In this document: piece by piece, positions 38,206 to 47,362 of the stretch
Layout of the letters: every line of letters starts with the position of its first letter
How positions within the stretch are numbered: position 1 is the first letter of the stretch
Source: Methanobacteriota archaeon
GTDB taxonomy: Archaea; Thermoplasmatota; Thermoplasmata; SG8-5; JAGLSY01
Direction of reading: 5' to 3'
NCBI GenBank assembly: GCA_020697715.1
Contig: JAEHCO010000001.1
Location: forward strand, 714,149 to 778,148
DNA length: 64,000 bases
The notes under the pieces: generated by a model
Seen by the model: only the letters and a program-made list of their open reading frames with translations
What the model was told of the DNA's origin: nothing
Databases searched by the model: none
Program-made: the position numbers and the translations under genes

Positions 38206-39972
38206 CTACTCCAGTCTCTTCAATTGTAAATTGTAAAGGGATACCATTTCCTCGGTAGTGGTGGCATCCTCCGGGCCCTTGTCCTCGCGCATGCCGATGA
38301 AGCGCGGGAATCGTATGGCCAGGCCATTTCCTTTTCTTATCTCGTCCAAGCCGCAGGTGTGGATCGGTGAAAGGGTTATCTCCGCACCTTTCACTTCCAT
38401 CACGACCACTGGCTCGAACCAATAGTCAGGTATCATCTTGGATTCAACTCGAACTGGTATCTTCTTCACTTTATGCTCATCCAGCATACTGGAGAAGGAT
38501 GCTAACATCTCGTCATTGAAGCCGCTTCCCAGTTTGGTCACGGATTCGAATGTGTCGGTCTCGTGATTGTAGGTGGCCATCAAAAGCGCGCCGTATGTAC
38601 CGGCGCGGCGACCCCTACCTGCGAACCCACCGATGATAGCCAGGTCCACTGTATCATCCAATTCGGACTTGTAATCGCGCTTGAACTTCACCCACTGCCA
38701 ACCGCGGGAGCCAGCCTTGTAAGGTGAATCATCTGAGATGGATTTGGCGATTATGCCTTCACAGCCATCGGATAGAGATTGCTGGAAGAAATCTTCGGCT
38801 TTGTCTGGGTCGTCAGTAATGAGGGAATGAGAGATGAACACCCTATCGGAGATATCAAGGCAGCTAGCTAGCTTCTCCCTTCGGGTTGTGTAAGGTAAAT
38901 TGATAAGTTCCTCTTCATTGAGAAAAAGACAATCAAAGAAAAACACGGAAACTGGATAATCCTCGATCGCTTTGGCCAACTCGGTCTTCCGACCCCTGCG
39001 ATGGCTAACCTCTTGAAATGGGAGCATCTGGCCAGTATTGATGTCTATGGGCACACATTCTCCATCAAGTATCCCTTCTGTTTTGTTGAAAGAGGCTTTC
39101 AGAACCTCGATCACATCCGGGAACTGGGCAGTGACATTCTCCAATTGCCTCGTGTATAATTCAACCACTTGCCCAACTCTTGGATCTGACCAAATATGAG
39201 CCTGTATCCTCAAACCATCATACTTGTATTCGAAGGAACATTTGCCTAATTTATCAATTATATCGGGCAAGCTCGATAGGCGCTCGCAAAGCATGGCCTT
39301 CAATGGCACGCCAGGATCTATTTTGATCTCATCCAGACCATCCAATCCCTTCTCTGACAGTACATAAGCTATTTGTCCAAGGGCTGGATATTTATTATAG
39401 GCAATCTCCACTCTTTCTTTTTCAGTTCCAAAGGTTTGTGCTAATGCATCTATTATAGTCATATCCGCAATGCCAAGTCGCAGCTTCCCACTCAGCATTC
39501 TAGCAATATACTTTGCCTCATGTGGTGAGGAGTCGTGGAAAAGATTTGCAAATATATCTTGCTTTGTCTTTTGAGAGCCAGAACCTTCTTTCATTGCCAT
39601 ATTCATCAAAGAATCGAACACCCTGTTAACTGTCAAAGGTTCTGAAAATAGAGAAGTCTGCGTCTTATTCGCCATCGCTCTCTCTGCAACAAACCCAAGA
39701 TCACCTGTTTCGATCCACCAATTTTCTATTGTTTCTGGGGAGACTCCAGAGCCTCTAGAAATTGCCTTAAGTGCGAGCTTATTGGCCACCCCAAGAACCA
39801 TTGACTGATAATCGGGCGATAATTGCCCCTGGGTAAGGTAGACAATTCTTCTGAGAAGGTCAGAATCATCTTTAACCTTACTGAACAGCTCCACCAGTAT
39901 CTCGGTCATCTCCAATCTTTTGCGAGTCTCCTCTATCCTGGAATAGGCCTCGGCGATCACGGAATAATCCAT
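38206..39972 (-). CDS. lig: ATP-dependent DNA ligase
   Basis: EYKYDGLRIQ, LDGE, FDCL, EGIIAK, WVKFK and RFPRF..REDK. Confidence 0.97.
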   Translation of the reverse strand: MDYSVIAEAYSRIEETRKRLEMTEILVELFSKVKDDSDLLRRIVYLTQGQLSPDYQSMVLGVANKLALKAISRGSGVSPETIENWWIETGDLGFVAERAMANKTQTSLFSEPLTVNRVFDSLMNMAMKEGSGSQKTKQDIFANLFHDSSPHEAKYIARMLSGKLRLGIADMTIIDALAQTFGTEKERVEIAYNKYPALGQIAYVLSEKGLDGLDEIKIDPGVPLKAMLCERLSSLPDIIDKLGKCSFEYKYDGLRIQAHIWSDPRVGQVVELYTRQLENVTAQFPDVIEVLKASFNKTEGILDGECVPIDINTGQMLPFQEVSHRRGRKTELAKAIEDYPVSVFFFDCLFLNEEELINLPYTTRREKLASCLDISDRVFISHSLITDDPDKAEDFFQQSLSDGCEGIIAKSISDDSPYKAGSRGWQWVKFKRDYKSELDDTVDLAIIGGFAGRGRRAGTYGALLMATYNHETDTFESVTKLGSGFNDEMLASFSSMLDEHKVKKIPVRVESKMIPDYWFEPVVVMEVKGAEITLSPIHTCGLDEIRKGNGLAIRFPRFIGMREDKGPEDATTTEEMVSLYNLQLKRLE

Positions 39973-40018
39973 TGCTCCAGAGAAGCCTTGTGATTATAAG
40001 AATTTTGGGAATCGATAT

Positions 40019-41356
40019 TCACTTTCTCTTCCTGGAAACCATTGGCATGATAATACCTATGCCAGCAAACATCAATATCATTATCAAAGTGAGATCGTTC
40101 CCCAGGCCAAGGAATCCGTCCTCGTCGTCCGAGTTATCCCCGTCACCTGTATCGTCGCCATCGGTGTCGTCGTCATCATCATCCGAGGTATCATCATCAA
40201 CAATATCAGGCAAGACAAAGCCATTCACCTTGTATGCAAGTACTCTATTATTGGCAGAATAACTTGTCGCTCTGGTGAGTATGTCCAGGTTTCCATCATC
40301 GTCCAGATCGGCCAATACCAGAGCATCTTCTTCGCCCACATCTATCAATGTGTTTGAAGTGCTCCATATCGATGTCTTGTTCCCCGCATTCCATATCTCA
40401 AGACGGTCAGAGGTGATGACAATTTCCTTATTGCCATCATTGTCCAGGTCCGCGACCTCTATACTGTGTACAGCTCTTCCCAGATCCTCACTTTCCCATT
40501 CCAGTGTTCCTGCGGAATCATAGATATAGACATAACCATGATAGCTCATACCAGTTATTCCGCCTTCGCCCACTATGATCTCCATATCTCCATCAGAATC
40601 CACATCTGCGAGTTCGATGCAGGTGAAGCTCCCATTGAGTGTTTTGTTCAGTTTTATATCAAGGGTCTGGCTATCAATGATGAACAATCTTCCATCATCA
40701 TAGAACTCATCCACCAGAACAACTATCTCTTTATTGCCGCCAGCGATCACATCCGCGACCTCGATATCCCTTGTGATGGCGATATAAGTAATATCGACAG
40801 AGGAACCCTGTATGGTCTGGGTATCCACATCATGAACAGTGACATTGTCACCTACAGTGATTATCTCCGACATACCATCTCCATCAATATCCGCAACTGC
40901 GATATTATCCAGATTGAAAGAGGTTAATTCCCACTCAACAAGCTTGGTGGATGCATCGATCACTACGAAACCCCCGGACAAAGCCCCGGAATAACATATG
41001 ATCTCCAGTGCTGGATCTCCATCCGCCTGAGCGACTTCTATAGTATCGTACGATATCGTGAAATAACCTCCTGAAGAGGGTATCGTGATATTCTCGACGA
41101 ATGTGAAATCAGTAGCAGAATAAACACAGATAATATTACCTGATGCCATAGCCAGTATTTCCAGATCGCCATCCTGGTCTATATCCGCGACCTCCAATCC
41201 CCATTTATCAAAGATATAGTCAGTTAATTTCTCGCTTTCCCATGCTTCCTCCGCATACGGTATTGCTGTTTGTCCAGATGCTGCAAAAGGGGTCATACAA
41301 ATTACTAATATTACAATTATACTAATGCTAAATCTCTTCCACTCCATGGTCATCAT
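40019..41356 (-). CDS. FG-GAP/VCBS-repeat surface protein with acidic linker and C-terminal anchor
   Basis: Signal peptide, ~7 ADxDxDGxxEI repeats, Asp-rich linker, TM helix and RKRK. Confidence 0.85.
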   Translation of the reverse strand: MMTMEWKRFSISIIVILVICMTPFAASGQTAIPYAEEAWESEKLTDYIFDKWGLEVADIDQDGDLEILAMASGNIICVYSATDFTFVENITIPSSGGYFTISYDTIEVAQADGDPALEIICYSGALSGGFVVIDASTKLVEWELTSFNLDNIAVADIDGDGMSEIITVGDNVTVHDVDTQTIQGSSVDITYIAITRDIEVADVIAGGNKEIVVLVDEFYDDGRLFIIDSQTLDIKLNKTLNGSFTCIELADVDSDGDMEIIVGEGGITGMSYHGYVYIYDSAGTLEWESEDLGRAVHSIEVADLDNDGNKEIVITSDRLEIWNAGNKTSIWSTSNTLIDVGEEDALVLADLDDDGNLDILTRATSYSANNRVLAYKVNGFVLPDIVDDDTSDDDDDDTDGDDTGDGDNSDDEDGFLGLGNDLTLIMILMFAGIGIIMPMVSRKRK

Positions 41357-41511
41357 ATCTCCATCACATAATCAAGATACTGATATATATTGATACTGAA
41401 ACCATCGCTAAATGATAGGAAGAATATACTGGCTATGACATAATGATATCATACTTAGGTTTCCAATAATCATCAATTAATTTATTAATAAGATAAACAT
41501 CAGGGGAATTC

Positions 41512-42075
41512 ATGGATGAAACTAACAAAACATTGGTAGCGATAGTCGCCATCGCCGTGATAGTTACTTTGGTTGTGGCAGGATTCTGGGCGATATCCAC
41601 CAATAATAAGATAGTGGAAGAAGAAGAGGCCATAGACAGTAACTGGGCTCAGGTGAGCAATCAATATCAGCGAAAGGTCGATCTGATACCCGAGCTTGTC
41701 ACTATAGTTTCAAATTATCAGGAATTCGAGTCCAGCACCCTGAGCAATATCACCGCATTGCGTTCACAATGGATGGATGCCGATACTACTGAGGAGCAGG
41801 TCAATGCATCCAATGCACTGGATCAGGAATTGATGTCCATAGTCCTGACCTTCGAAGCATATCCATACCTTCAATCGGTATTTGTCGTTAGTGATCTAAT
41901 GGTCTCGCTGGAGAGCACTGAGGATATGATCATGGTCGCGCGTATGAGATACAATGAGGCTGTCCAGGATTATAATGCCCATATCAAAAAATTCCCTGCG
42001 AACATGATAGCCGAGATGGGAGACTATGAGGAGCGTTCGTACTACTCCAGTACTGCCGCGCCTGAAGCCCCATAA
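41512..42075 (+). CDS. lemA: LemA family protein
   Basis: W..V..QYQRK.DLIP.LV, EAYP.L and AR.RYN.AV..YN.....FP.N. Confidence 0.92.
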   Translation: MDETNKTLVAIVAIAVIVTLVVAGFWAISTNNKIVEEEEAIDSNWAQVSNQYQRKVDLIPELVTIVSNYQEFESSTLSNITALRSQWMDADTTEEQVNASNALDQELMSIVLTFEAYPYLQSVFVVSDLMVSLESTEDMIMVARMRYNEAVQDYNAHIKKFPANMIAEMGDYEERSYYSSTAAPEAP

Positions 42076-42089
42076 TAGAGCGTCTGGCT

Positions 42090-42782
42090 ATGAGATCACA
42101 CTGGGTATTTGGTGTTGTAATAGTTCTATCACTTTTAGTTCCAGCTGTATCTGGGTATCCTCAATTGGACTACTATGTCACGGATGATGTCGGAGTCCTT
42201 TTGAGCGATGAGATATACCTCATCGAGCAGGTGTGTTCCGACATGTATTACGAGACCGGGGTGGAGATGGCCATCCTCATCGTGAATGATACTGGCGATG
42301 ATGATATAACCCTTTTCGCGGTAAAAACATTCGAAGAGAATGGCATAGGTCAAGAAGGCGAGGATAATGGCCTTCTTTTCATCATTGTCACTGGTACTGA
42401 TGAATGGCGTATCGAGGTTGGCTATGGTCTGCAAGGCACCTTGCCAGCTATTCTCGTTCATCATATCGCGGAGGATAATCTGGAACCCGCGATGGCACAG
42501 GGTGATTATTTCACCGGCATAGGCAGCACGGTGGCCGAGCTGGCTGATGAGATATTGGAGAATTATGATGGGGAGCCCGTGAAAAAAACAAGCCCTTATC
42601 CGATAAGCTGGCTGCCATTGACGGGTTTCCAATTACTGCTGGTGGGTGTGGTAATTATCGTAATGATAATAACCAAAGGCCAGTTGGTCCTCTGGATACT
42701 GCCCTTTCTCGGAGGCGGTAGTGGGAGAAAGAAATGGGGTGGCGGACGATCTGGTGGTGGAGGATCTAGAGGCAAGCTCTGA
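42090..42782 (+). CDS. TPM domain protein
   Basis: VTDDVGVL, IG....DNGLL, RIEVGYGL and a Gly-rich C-terminus; the usual LemA partner. Confidence 0.9.
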   Translation: MRSHWVFGVVIVLSLLVPAVSGYPQLDYYVTDDVGVLLSDEIYLIEQVCSDMYYETGVEMAILIVNDTGDDDITLFAVKTFEENGIGQEGEDNGLLFIIVTGTDEWRIEVGYGLQGTLPAILVHHIAEDNLEPAMAQGDYFTGIGSTVAELADEILENYDGEPVKKTSPYPISWLPLTGFQLLLVGVVIIVMIITKGQLVLWILPFLGGGSGRKKWGGGRSGGGGSRGKL

Positions 42783-43397
42783 TCAGCAGCTGCAGACCTT
42801 TTCTTCTTTCAGGACCGTGTATCCTTCTTTGAAGAGGAAAACAACCACAAGCAATCCCACTATCGGGTCTGCCTGCCAGAATCCCCACAGATAGTTGGAG
42901 CCAAGCCCGACCAGCAGGGCGATGGACAGGAACATGCACGTCAATGTTTGCTTGGAATCAGCTTCCAGGCTTTTGCTTCCCATGGACCTGGCAGTATGGT
43001 TCTTGGTATAGAACAGAATGGGCATGACAATGAGGGAGGTAATGGCCAGAGCTATCCCCAAAAGGCTTGGATCAGGAATCTCCTGCAAATATAATTTCTT
43101 CACAGATTCATACAGAACATAGGAGCCAAGGATGAAGAAGGTGTAGCCGATGAGTTTAATGGCCTTCTTTTCGATCTTATCTTCTTCTGCCCCGCAAACA
43201 TCCTTCTTGCTGCCGAACCTCCATATCATGATGCAACCAGACAGGGATTCCACAAAGCTGTCCAACCCGAATCCTACCAGGGAAACACTGCCAGTCAATG
43301 AACCAGCAAAGAGAGCGAACATCCCCTCGATCACATTGTAACCCACTGTGAAATATGAAAGAAATAGAGCTCTCTTGTGGAAATCTGCCTTATTCAT
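42783..43397 (-). CDS. Cation diffusion facilitator (TM-only, TMEM163-like)
   Basis: YNVIEG, SLVGFGLDSFVE, LEADS and WQADP motifs. Confidence 0.85.
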   Translation of the reverse strand: MNKADFHKRALFLSYFTVGYNVIEGMFALFAGSLTGSVSLVGFGLDSFVESLSGCIMIWRFGSKKDVCGAEEDKIEKKAIKLIGYTFFILGSYVLYESVKKLYLQEIPDPSLLGIALAITSLIVMPILFYTKNHTARSMGSKSLEADSKQTLTCMFLSIALLVGLGSNYLWGFWQADPIVGLLVVVFLFKEGYTVLKEEKVCSC

Positions 43398-43521
43398 TAT
43401 AATGGCAATCTATTAACAATTGATAATAATTTCGCCATCTTTTGATATTAGACCTAGCCATGGGCTTTCCCAGGGAAATCCCACACTGGATTTATTAGCA
43501 TAATTTTACATTATTATTGAT

Positions 43522-43589
43522 AGGAGGTCAAATTACTGATGCATAGCCAGTAATTCCAACCTCCTTGAAAATAAATTGATAAGGAGGTT
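43522..43589 (+). promoter_or_regulatory. Mutually exclusive SD/anti-SD hairpin leader with a 4-codon uORF
   Basis: AGGAGGT (43522) and AAGGAGGTT (43581) are both complementary to AACCTCCTT (43558). Inner stem AATTACTG/CAGTAATT. uORF ATG CAT AGC CAG TAA. Confidence 0.55.
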
Positions 43590-43595
43590 AAAACT

Positions 43596-43694
43596 ATGAA
43601 CTGCGTAACCTGCAAGGTTTGGGTCAAGATGGCACGCGATGCCGCTCAGCGAGTGTGCACGGCCTGCCAGCAGCAGACATCCAATCCGGTATGA
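43596..43694 (+). CDS. 32-aa zinc-finger micro-protein MNCVTCKVWVKMARDAAQRVCTACQQQTSNPV
   Basis: Strong SD AAGGAGGT 7 nt before the ATG; CxxC-x14-CxxC; below the ORF-track size cut-off. Confidence 0.6.
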   Translation: MNCVTCKVWVKMARDAAQRVCTACQQQTSNPV

Positions 43695-43830
43695 CTACAG
43701 GGAAATGATGCAGTTCATGGAAGTGATAAAATAATAAGCAAAATGGAAGCTCACCTCCTACTGCATCTCCTCTAACTCATAGAATAGGCCAGTCAGCTCA
43801 ATACTGGCCTTTGATTTTTTATTTATAACA

Positions 43831-44721
43831 CTATTTTGATGACAAGGATCTATTCTTTTTATTCCTTCTGATCTTCTTTGACCTTTCCGCCTTTTTGGAA
43901 TATCTGGCCAATAGATAAATAAGCATAATTCCAAAGGCAGCCGGCAGGAGGATGCTGCCAATCATGTCACTGTCCATATCGATATTATCATACGGGAGAC
44001 GAAGGGCTCCGAGCATCAGGCCAGTGAGGAAAGAAATGGTCTGATACTTCCATTTTTTAATCACTATATTGAGGATCTTGGAGAAGGCCAGCAAGCCGAT
44101 TATAGCTCCCAGCATGAAGGCGAATATGTCCACCAGGACCAGGGTCTTGAGTGAATGAAGCATGTACTCGTATTGATTGAGAAATAATAGGATGAGAGCT
44201 CCGGATATTCCTGGCAATATCATGGCGCAGATCGCCACTATGCCAGATAGGAAAATGATGGGCAAGTCATGACCTATTGTCAGGGAGGTCATACCGACAA
44301 AAAGATAGGCGAAGGAAAAGCCAATGAGCAGTAGGGAGATATTGGTAGCTGTCTTCTGCCTTATGCCCATGAATAACATCGCGGCGGATGCCAGTATTAT
44401 CGCGAAAAAGAATGAATAAATTTCAGTCGTGTGGTGTTCCAGAAGATAGCCCATGATATTGGACATCAGAAGAAAGGCCAGGGCGATCCCGCTTCCAAGT
44501 GGAATAAAGAATTCCAGATCCAGTTTCTTATCCTTGGCGACATCCTTTCTCTTAATGGTGTTGATAAGGGTTTCCTTATTAACCTGGCTGATGCCGTGAA
44601 CCAGCCTCTCATAGATGCCAGTAATGAGAGCGACAGTGCCGCCGGACACACCCGGAACTATGTCCGCCATGCCCATGGTCATGCCTTTGAAGAAGATCGA
44701 GCCAGATTCTTTTGGATTCAT
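43831..44721 (-). CDS. DUF368 family membrane protein (putative polyprenyl-phosphate translocase)
   Basis: GMADIVPGVSGGTVA, AMILPGISG and GLMLGAL. Likely ATG at 44721. Confidence 0.9.
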   Translation of the reverse strand: MNPKESGSIFFKGMTMGMADIVPGVSGGTVALITGIYERLVHGISQVNKETLINTIKRKDVAKDKKLDLEFFIPLGSGIALAFLLMSNIMGYLLEHHTTEIYSFFFAIILASAAMLFMGIRQKTATNISLLLIGFSFAYLFVGMTSLTIGHDLPIIFLSGIVAICAMILPGISGALILLFLNQYEYMLHSLKTLVLVDIFAFMLGAIIGLLAFSKILNIVIKKWKYQTISFLTGLMLGALRLPYDNIDMDSDMIGSILLPAAFGIMLIYLLARYSKKAERSKKIRRNKKNRSLSSK

Positions 44722-44830
44722 ATTATACCTGCTGTGGGTATATGTCTCAATATTTAATAATGGTGGGTTTCGGAAAGGTGGATATTCTCTATGAGGGTGT
44801 GTGGGTTTCAATTTGTTATGCTGGGTGAGG

Positions 44831-44894
44831 ATAAGGACCCCGCCCGCCAGCTGAGAAAACAATACGATTTAGACGGGGCATGACCCCACCTATT
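44831..44894 (-). repeat. Dispersed structured repeat, copy B
   Basis: Reverse complement AATAGGTGGGGTCATGCCCCGTCTAAATC...CAGCTGGCGGGCGGGGTCCTTAT matches 30738-30800. Confidence 0.85.
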
Positions 44895-44914
44895 AAAATT
44901 CAGATCTAACAATT

Positions 44915-46684
44915 CTATCCAGAATAATAGTACTCGCCAGAACTCTTCTGCTCGCGGTCGAGTCGGCTACCATCTTTGTTAATTCTCGGCCTATTGGTAT
45001 CAGTATCCCGCCTGAAAGTTATATTGACATCTTTCAGGAATTGGTTCATACCGATCCTCATTCCGTAAGGCCCAGCTCCATGGCCTTTAACAGATGGCTC
45101 ACCATCGAATACCATCAAGGAATCTGCCACCATGTCGATGAAGTACACGTCGTGATCGACGATCATGCCAGACTTGCCGGATTTCTCCATCACGCGGCGT
45201 ATGGTTCGGGCAGCTTCCATTCTCTGATTCGAATCCAGGTAAGCGGATGGTTCATCAATAAGGTAGATATCGGCCTCCCTTCCAAGGGCGAGGGCGATGG
45301 CAACTCGCTGCAATTCTCCACCGGAAATCGAGTCCACCATTCTGTCCATTATCGGCTCCAGGTTAAGGGGTGCGGCGATCTCCGCTTTGAAGAAGCCGGA
45401 CTCCATTGCTTTGCCAATCTGGCTTAATAGTAATATTCTAACAGATCCGTCAAAGTCCGGCTCGATATATTGTGGCTTGTAGGAAACTTTAACCTCCACT
45501 TCCACTGCGCCAGAATCGGGCTGAATTTCATTGGCTAACATCTTGACAAAAGTGGTCTTTCCGGTTGCATTCGAACCGACAATTCCGACCACTTCTCCAG
45601 CCTTGATCGTACCGGGTTCGGTCTCCATCTCGAAATTCTCGAACTTCTTCTTAAGGCTGTCAAAAGTTACGAGATCTGGAGCTGTCCAGTCCTCCCTCGG
45701 AGCCTTTGTTTCGAACTTGATAGATTTTGTGCGCACACGGATATTCTCTTCTTTAAGATAACCATCCAGATATGTATTGATCGCATTGCGTACGGTTCTC
45801 GGATGTGCGACCACACCGAAAGCTCCTTCCATCCCGTACATGAGATAGACATTATCAGCCAGGAAATCAAGGACCGCGAGATCGTGCTCGATGACCATCA
45901 CTTGGCTGTCTTTAGCCAGTGTCTGGATGGCCTTGGCGACATTCAATCGCTGGTAAATGTCGAGATAAGATGATGGCTCATCGAAGAAATAAATATCCGC
46001 GTCCTTGAGGAAGGTGGCGGCTATGGCCACCCTTTGAAGCTCTCCTCCGGATAATTTCCCCAATTCGCGCTCCATACAGTGTTCGATGAAAAGCTCTTGA
46101 CTTACTTCGTCCAGGCGACCGGAATCATCAACTTTTTTGAGCAGTTCACTGACCCTGCCAGTATGCACTTTGGGGAGCATGTCCACGTACTGCGGTTTCA
46201 TGGCAGTTCGAATCTCACCCTCGGATACCTTCTGAAGGTAATTGACCATCTCGGTCCCTGCGTATTTTTCCAGAACATATTCCCATGTGGAATCAGTATC
46301 CAGATTCCCCATGTTTGGAATTTCCTCTCCGGATAATATGCGGATGGCCGTGGTCTTTCCGATACCATTTGGCCCGAGAATTCCGATAACATCTCCTTCT
46401 CTGGGTACTGGCAGTCTGTAAAGCTGGAAGCCATTGACACCATATTGCTGGACAAGTTCTCCTTCCAGCTCTTCTGGAAGACCTATGATCCTTATCGCGT
46501 CAAAGGGGCATTTGTTTATGCAAATTCCGCAGCCCACGCATAGCTCTTCGGAGATGATCGGCTTGGTATCTGGACCCACAACTATGGTCTCGTCACCACT
46601 TCGAACACGAGGACAGAATTTGATGCACTCGATATTACACCGCTTTGGCTGGCATCTGTCTTTTAGCAGAACTGCTATGCGCAT
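44915..46684 (-). CDS. abcE1: Ribosome recycling factor ABCE1/RLI
   Basis: N-terminal Fe-S Cys motifs, two NBDs (GPNGIGKT, GSNATGKT, SGGELQR) and TFRRD...RPRINK. Confidence 0.97.
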   Translation of the reverse strand: MRIAVLLKDRCQPKRCNIECIKFCPRVRSGDETIVVGPDTKPIISEELCVGCGICINKCPFDAIRIIGLPEELEGELVQQYGVNGFQLYRLPVPREGDVIGILGPNGIGKTTAIRILSGEEIPNMGNLDTDSTWEYVLEKYAGTEMVNYLQKVSEGEIRTAMKPQYVDMLPKVHTGRVSELLKKVDDSGRLDEVSQELFIEHCMERELGKLSGGELQRVAIAATFLKDADIYFFDEPSSYLDIYQRLNVAKAIQTLAKDSQVMVIEHDLAVLDFLADNVYLMYGMEGAFGVVAHPRTVRNAINTYLDGYLKEENIRVRTKSIKFETKAPREDWTAPDLVTFDSLKKKFENFEMETEPGTIKAGEVVGIVGSNATGKTTFVKMLANEIQPDSGAVEVEVKVSYKPQYIEPDFDGSVRILLLSQIGKAMESGFFKAEIAAPLNLEPIMDRMVDSISGGELQRVAIALALGREADIYLIDEPSAYLDSNQRMEAARTIRRVMEKSGKSGMIVDHDVYFIDMVADSLMVFDGEPSVKGHGAGPYGMRIGMNQFLKDVNITFRRDTDTNRPRINKDGSRLDREQKSSGEYYYSG

Positions 46685-46810
46685 GAGATGTTGTAATCAA
46701 AACTTGGATTTAAAATAATTGGGTGATAGTATAAACAAATCAGCAATAAACATTATACATAGGTTCACCATTTAGTAGAATATTAGTAGAACAATAAGGG
46801 GATCGTACAC

Positions 46811-47293
46811 ATGGTGGAAAGTAAATTAGATATCATACAGGCAATTGAGATCGCGATGCAAGAGGAACTGGCAGCTGCTGGTTTCTACAATTTGGCGATG
46901 AAGAAAGTGAAAGATGAGAGGGCGATCATGATGCTGAACCAATTGGTGAGGTTCGAGCAGCATCATTATGAGAAGCTGGTGGAGCTAAGGAACTCGCTGG
47001 AAGCTGATGGGAAGTTCATCAAATATGATGGGATCGAGTTCGCTCTGCCACCCAGCACACCCGAGGCCGCAGGTCGCATCGAGGATAATAAGATCGAGAT
47101 ACTGGACATACTCAGCATCGCTATCAAGACCGAGGAGAATGCCAAGAATAAATATCTTGAACTGGTCGAGAGGACTGATATTCCTGAGGGGAAGGAGATG
47201 TTCACCAGGCTGGCTAAGGAAGAAGAGATGCACTGGCGTATCTTGAGCGATGAGCATTACCATCTCACGAACGATGGTATGTGGGGTATCTGA
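46811..47293 (+). CDS. Ferritin-like/rubrerythrin di-iron domain protein
   Basis: Duplicated AxxxE...Y...ExxH motifs (EQHH, EEMH). Confidence 0.85.
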   Translation: MVESKLDIIQAIEIAMQEELAAAGFYNLAMKKVKDERAIMMLNQLVRFEQHHYEKLVELRNSLEADGKFIKYDGIEFALPPSTPEAAGRIEDNKIEILDILSIAIKTEENAKNKYLELVERTDIPEGKEMFTRLAKEEEMHWRILSDEHYHLTNDGMWGI

Positions 47294-47319
47294 ACTACCA
47301 GGTTTTAGACTGGTAGTTC
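47292..47319. terminator. Perfect 10-bp hairpin between convergent genes
   Basis: GAACTACCAG-GTTTTAGA-CTGGTAGTTC. Confidence 0.55.
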
Positions 47320-47362
47320 TCTAGATAATTTCTATTCGATTAGCTGAAGCTTTAGATAAAGC

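Noticed and set aside
44722-44862. N-terminal extension of DUF368 in the ORF track
   Set aside because: Reads through the repeat element and C-rich spacer; family similarity begins at ATG 44721.
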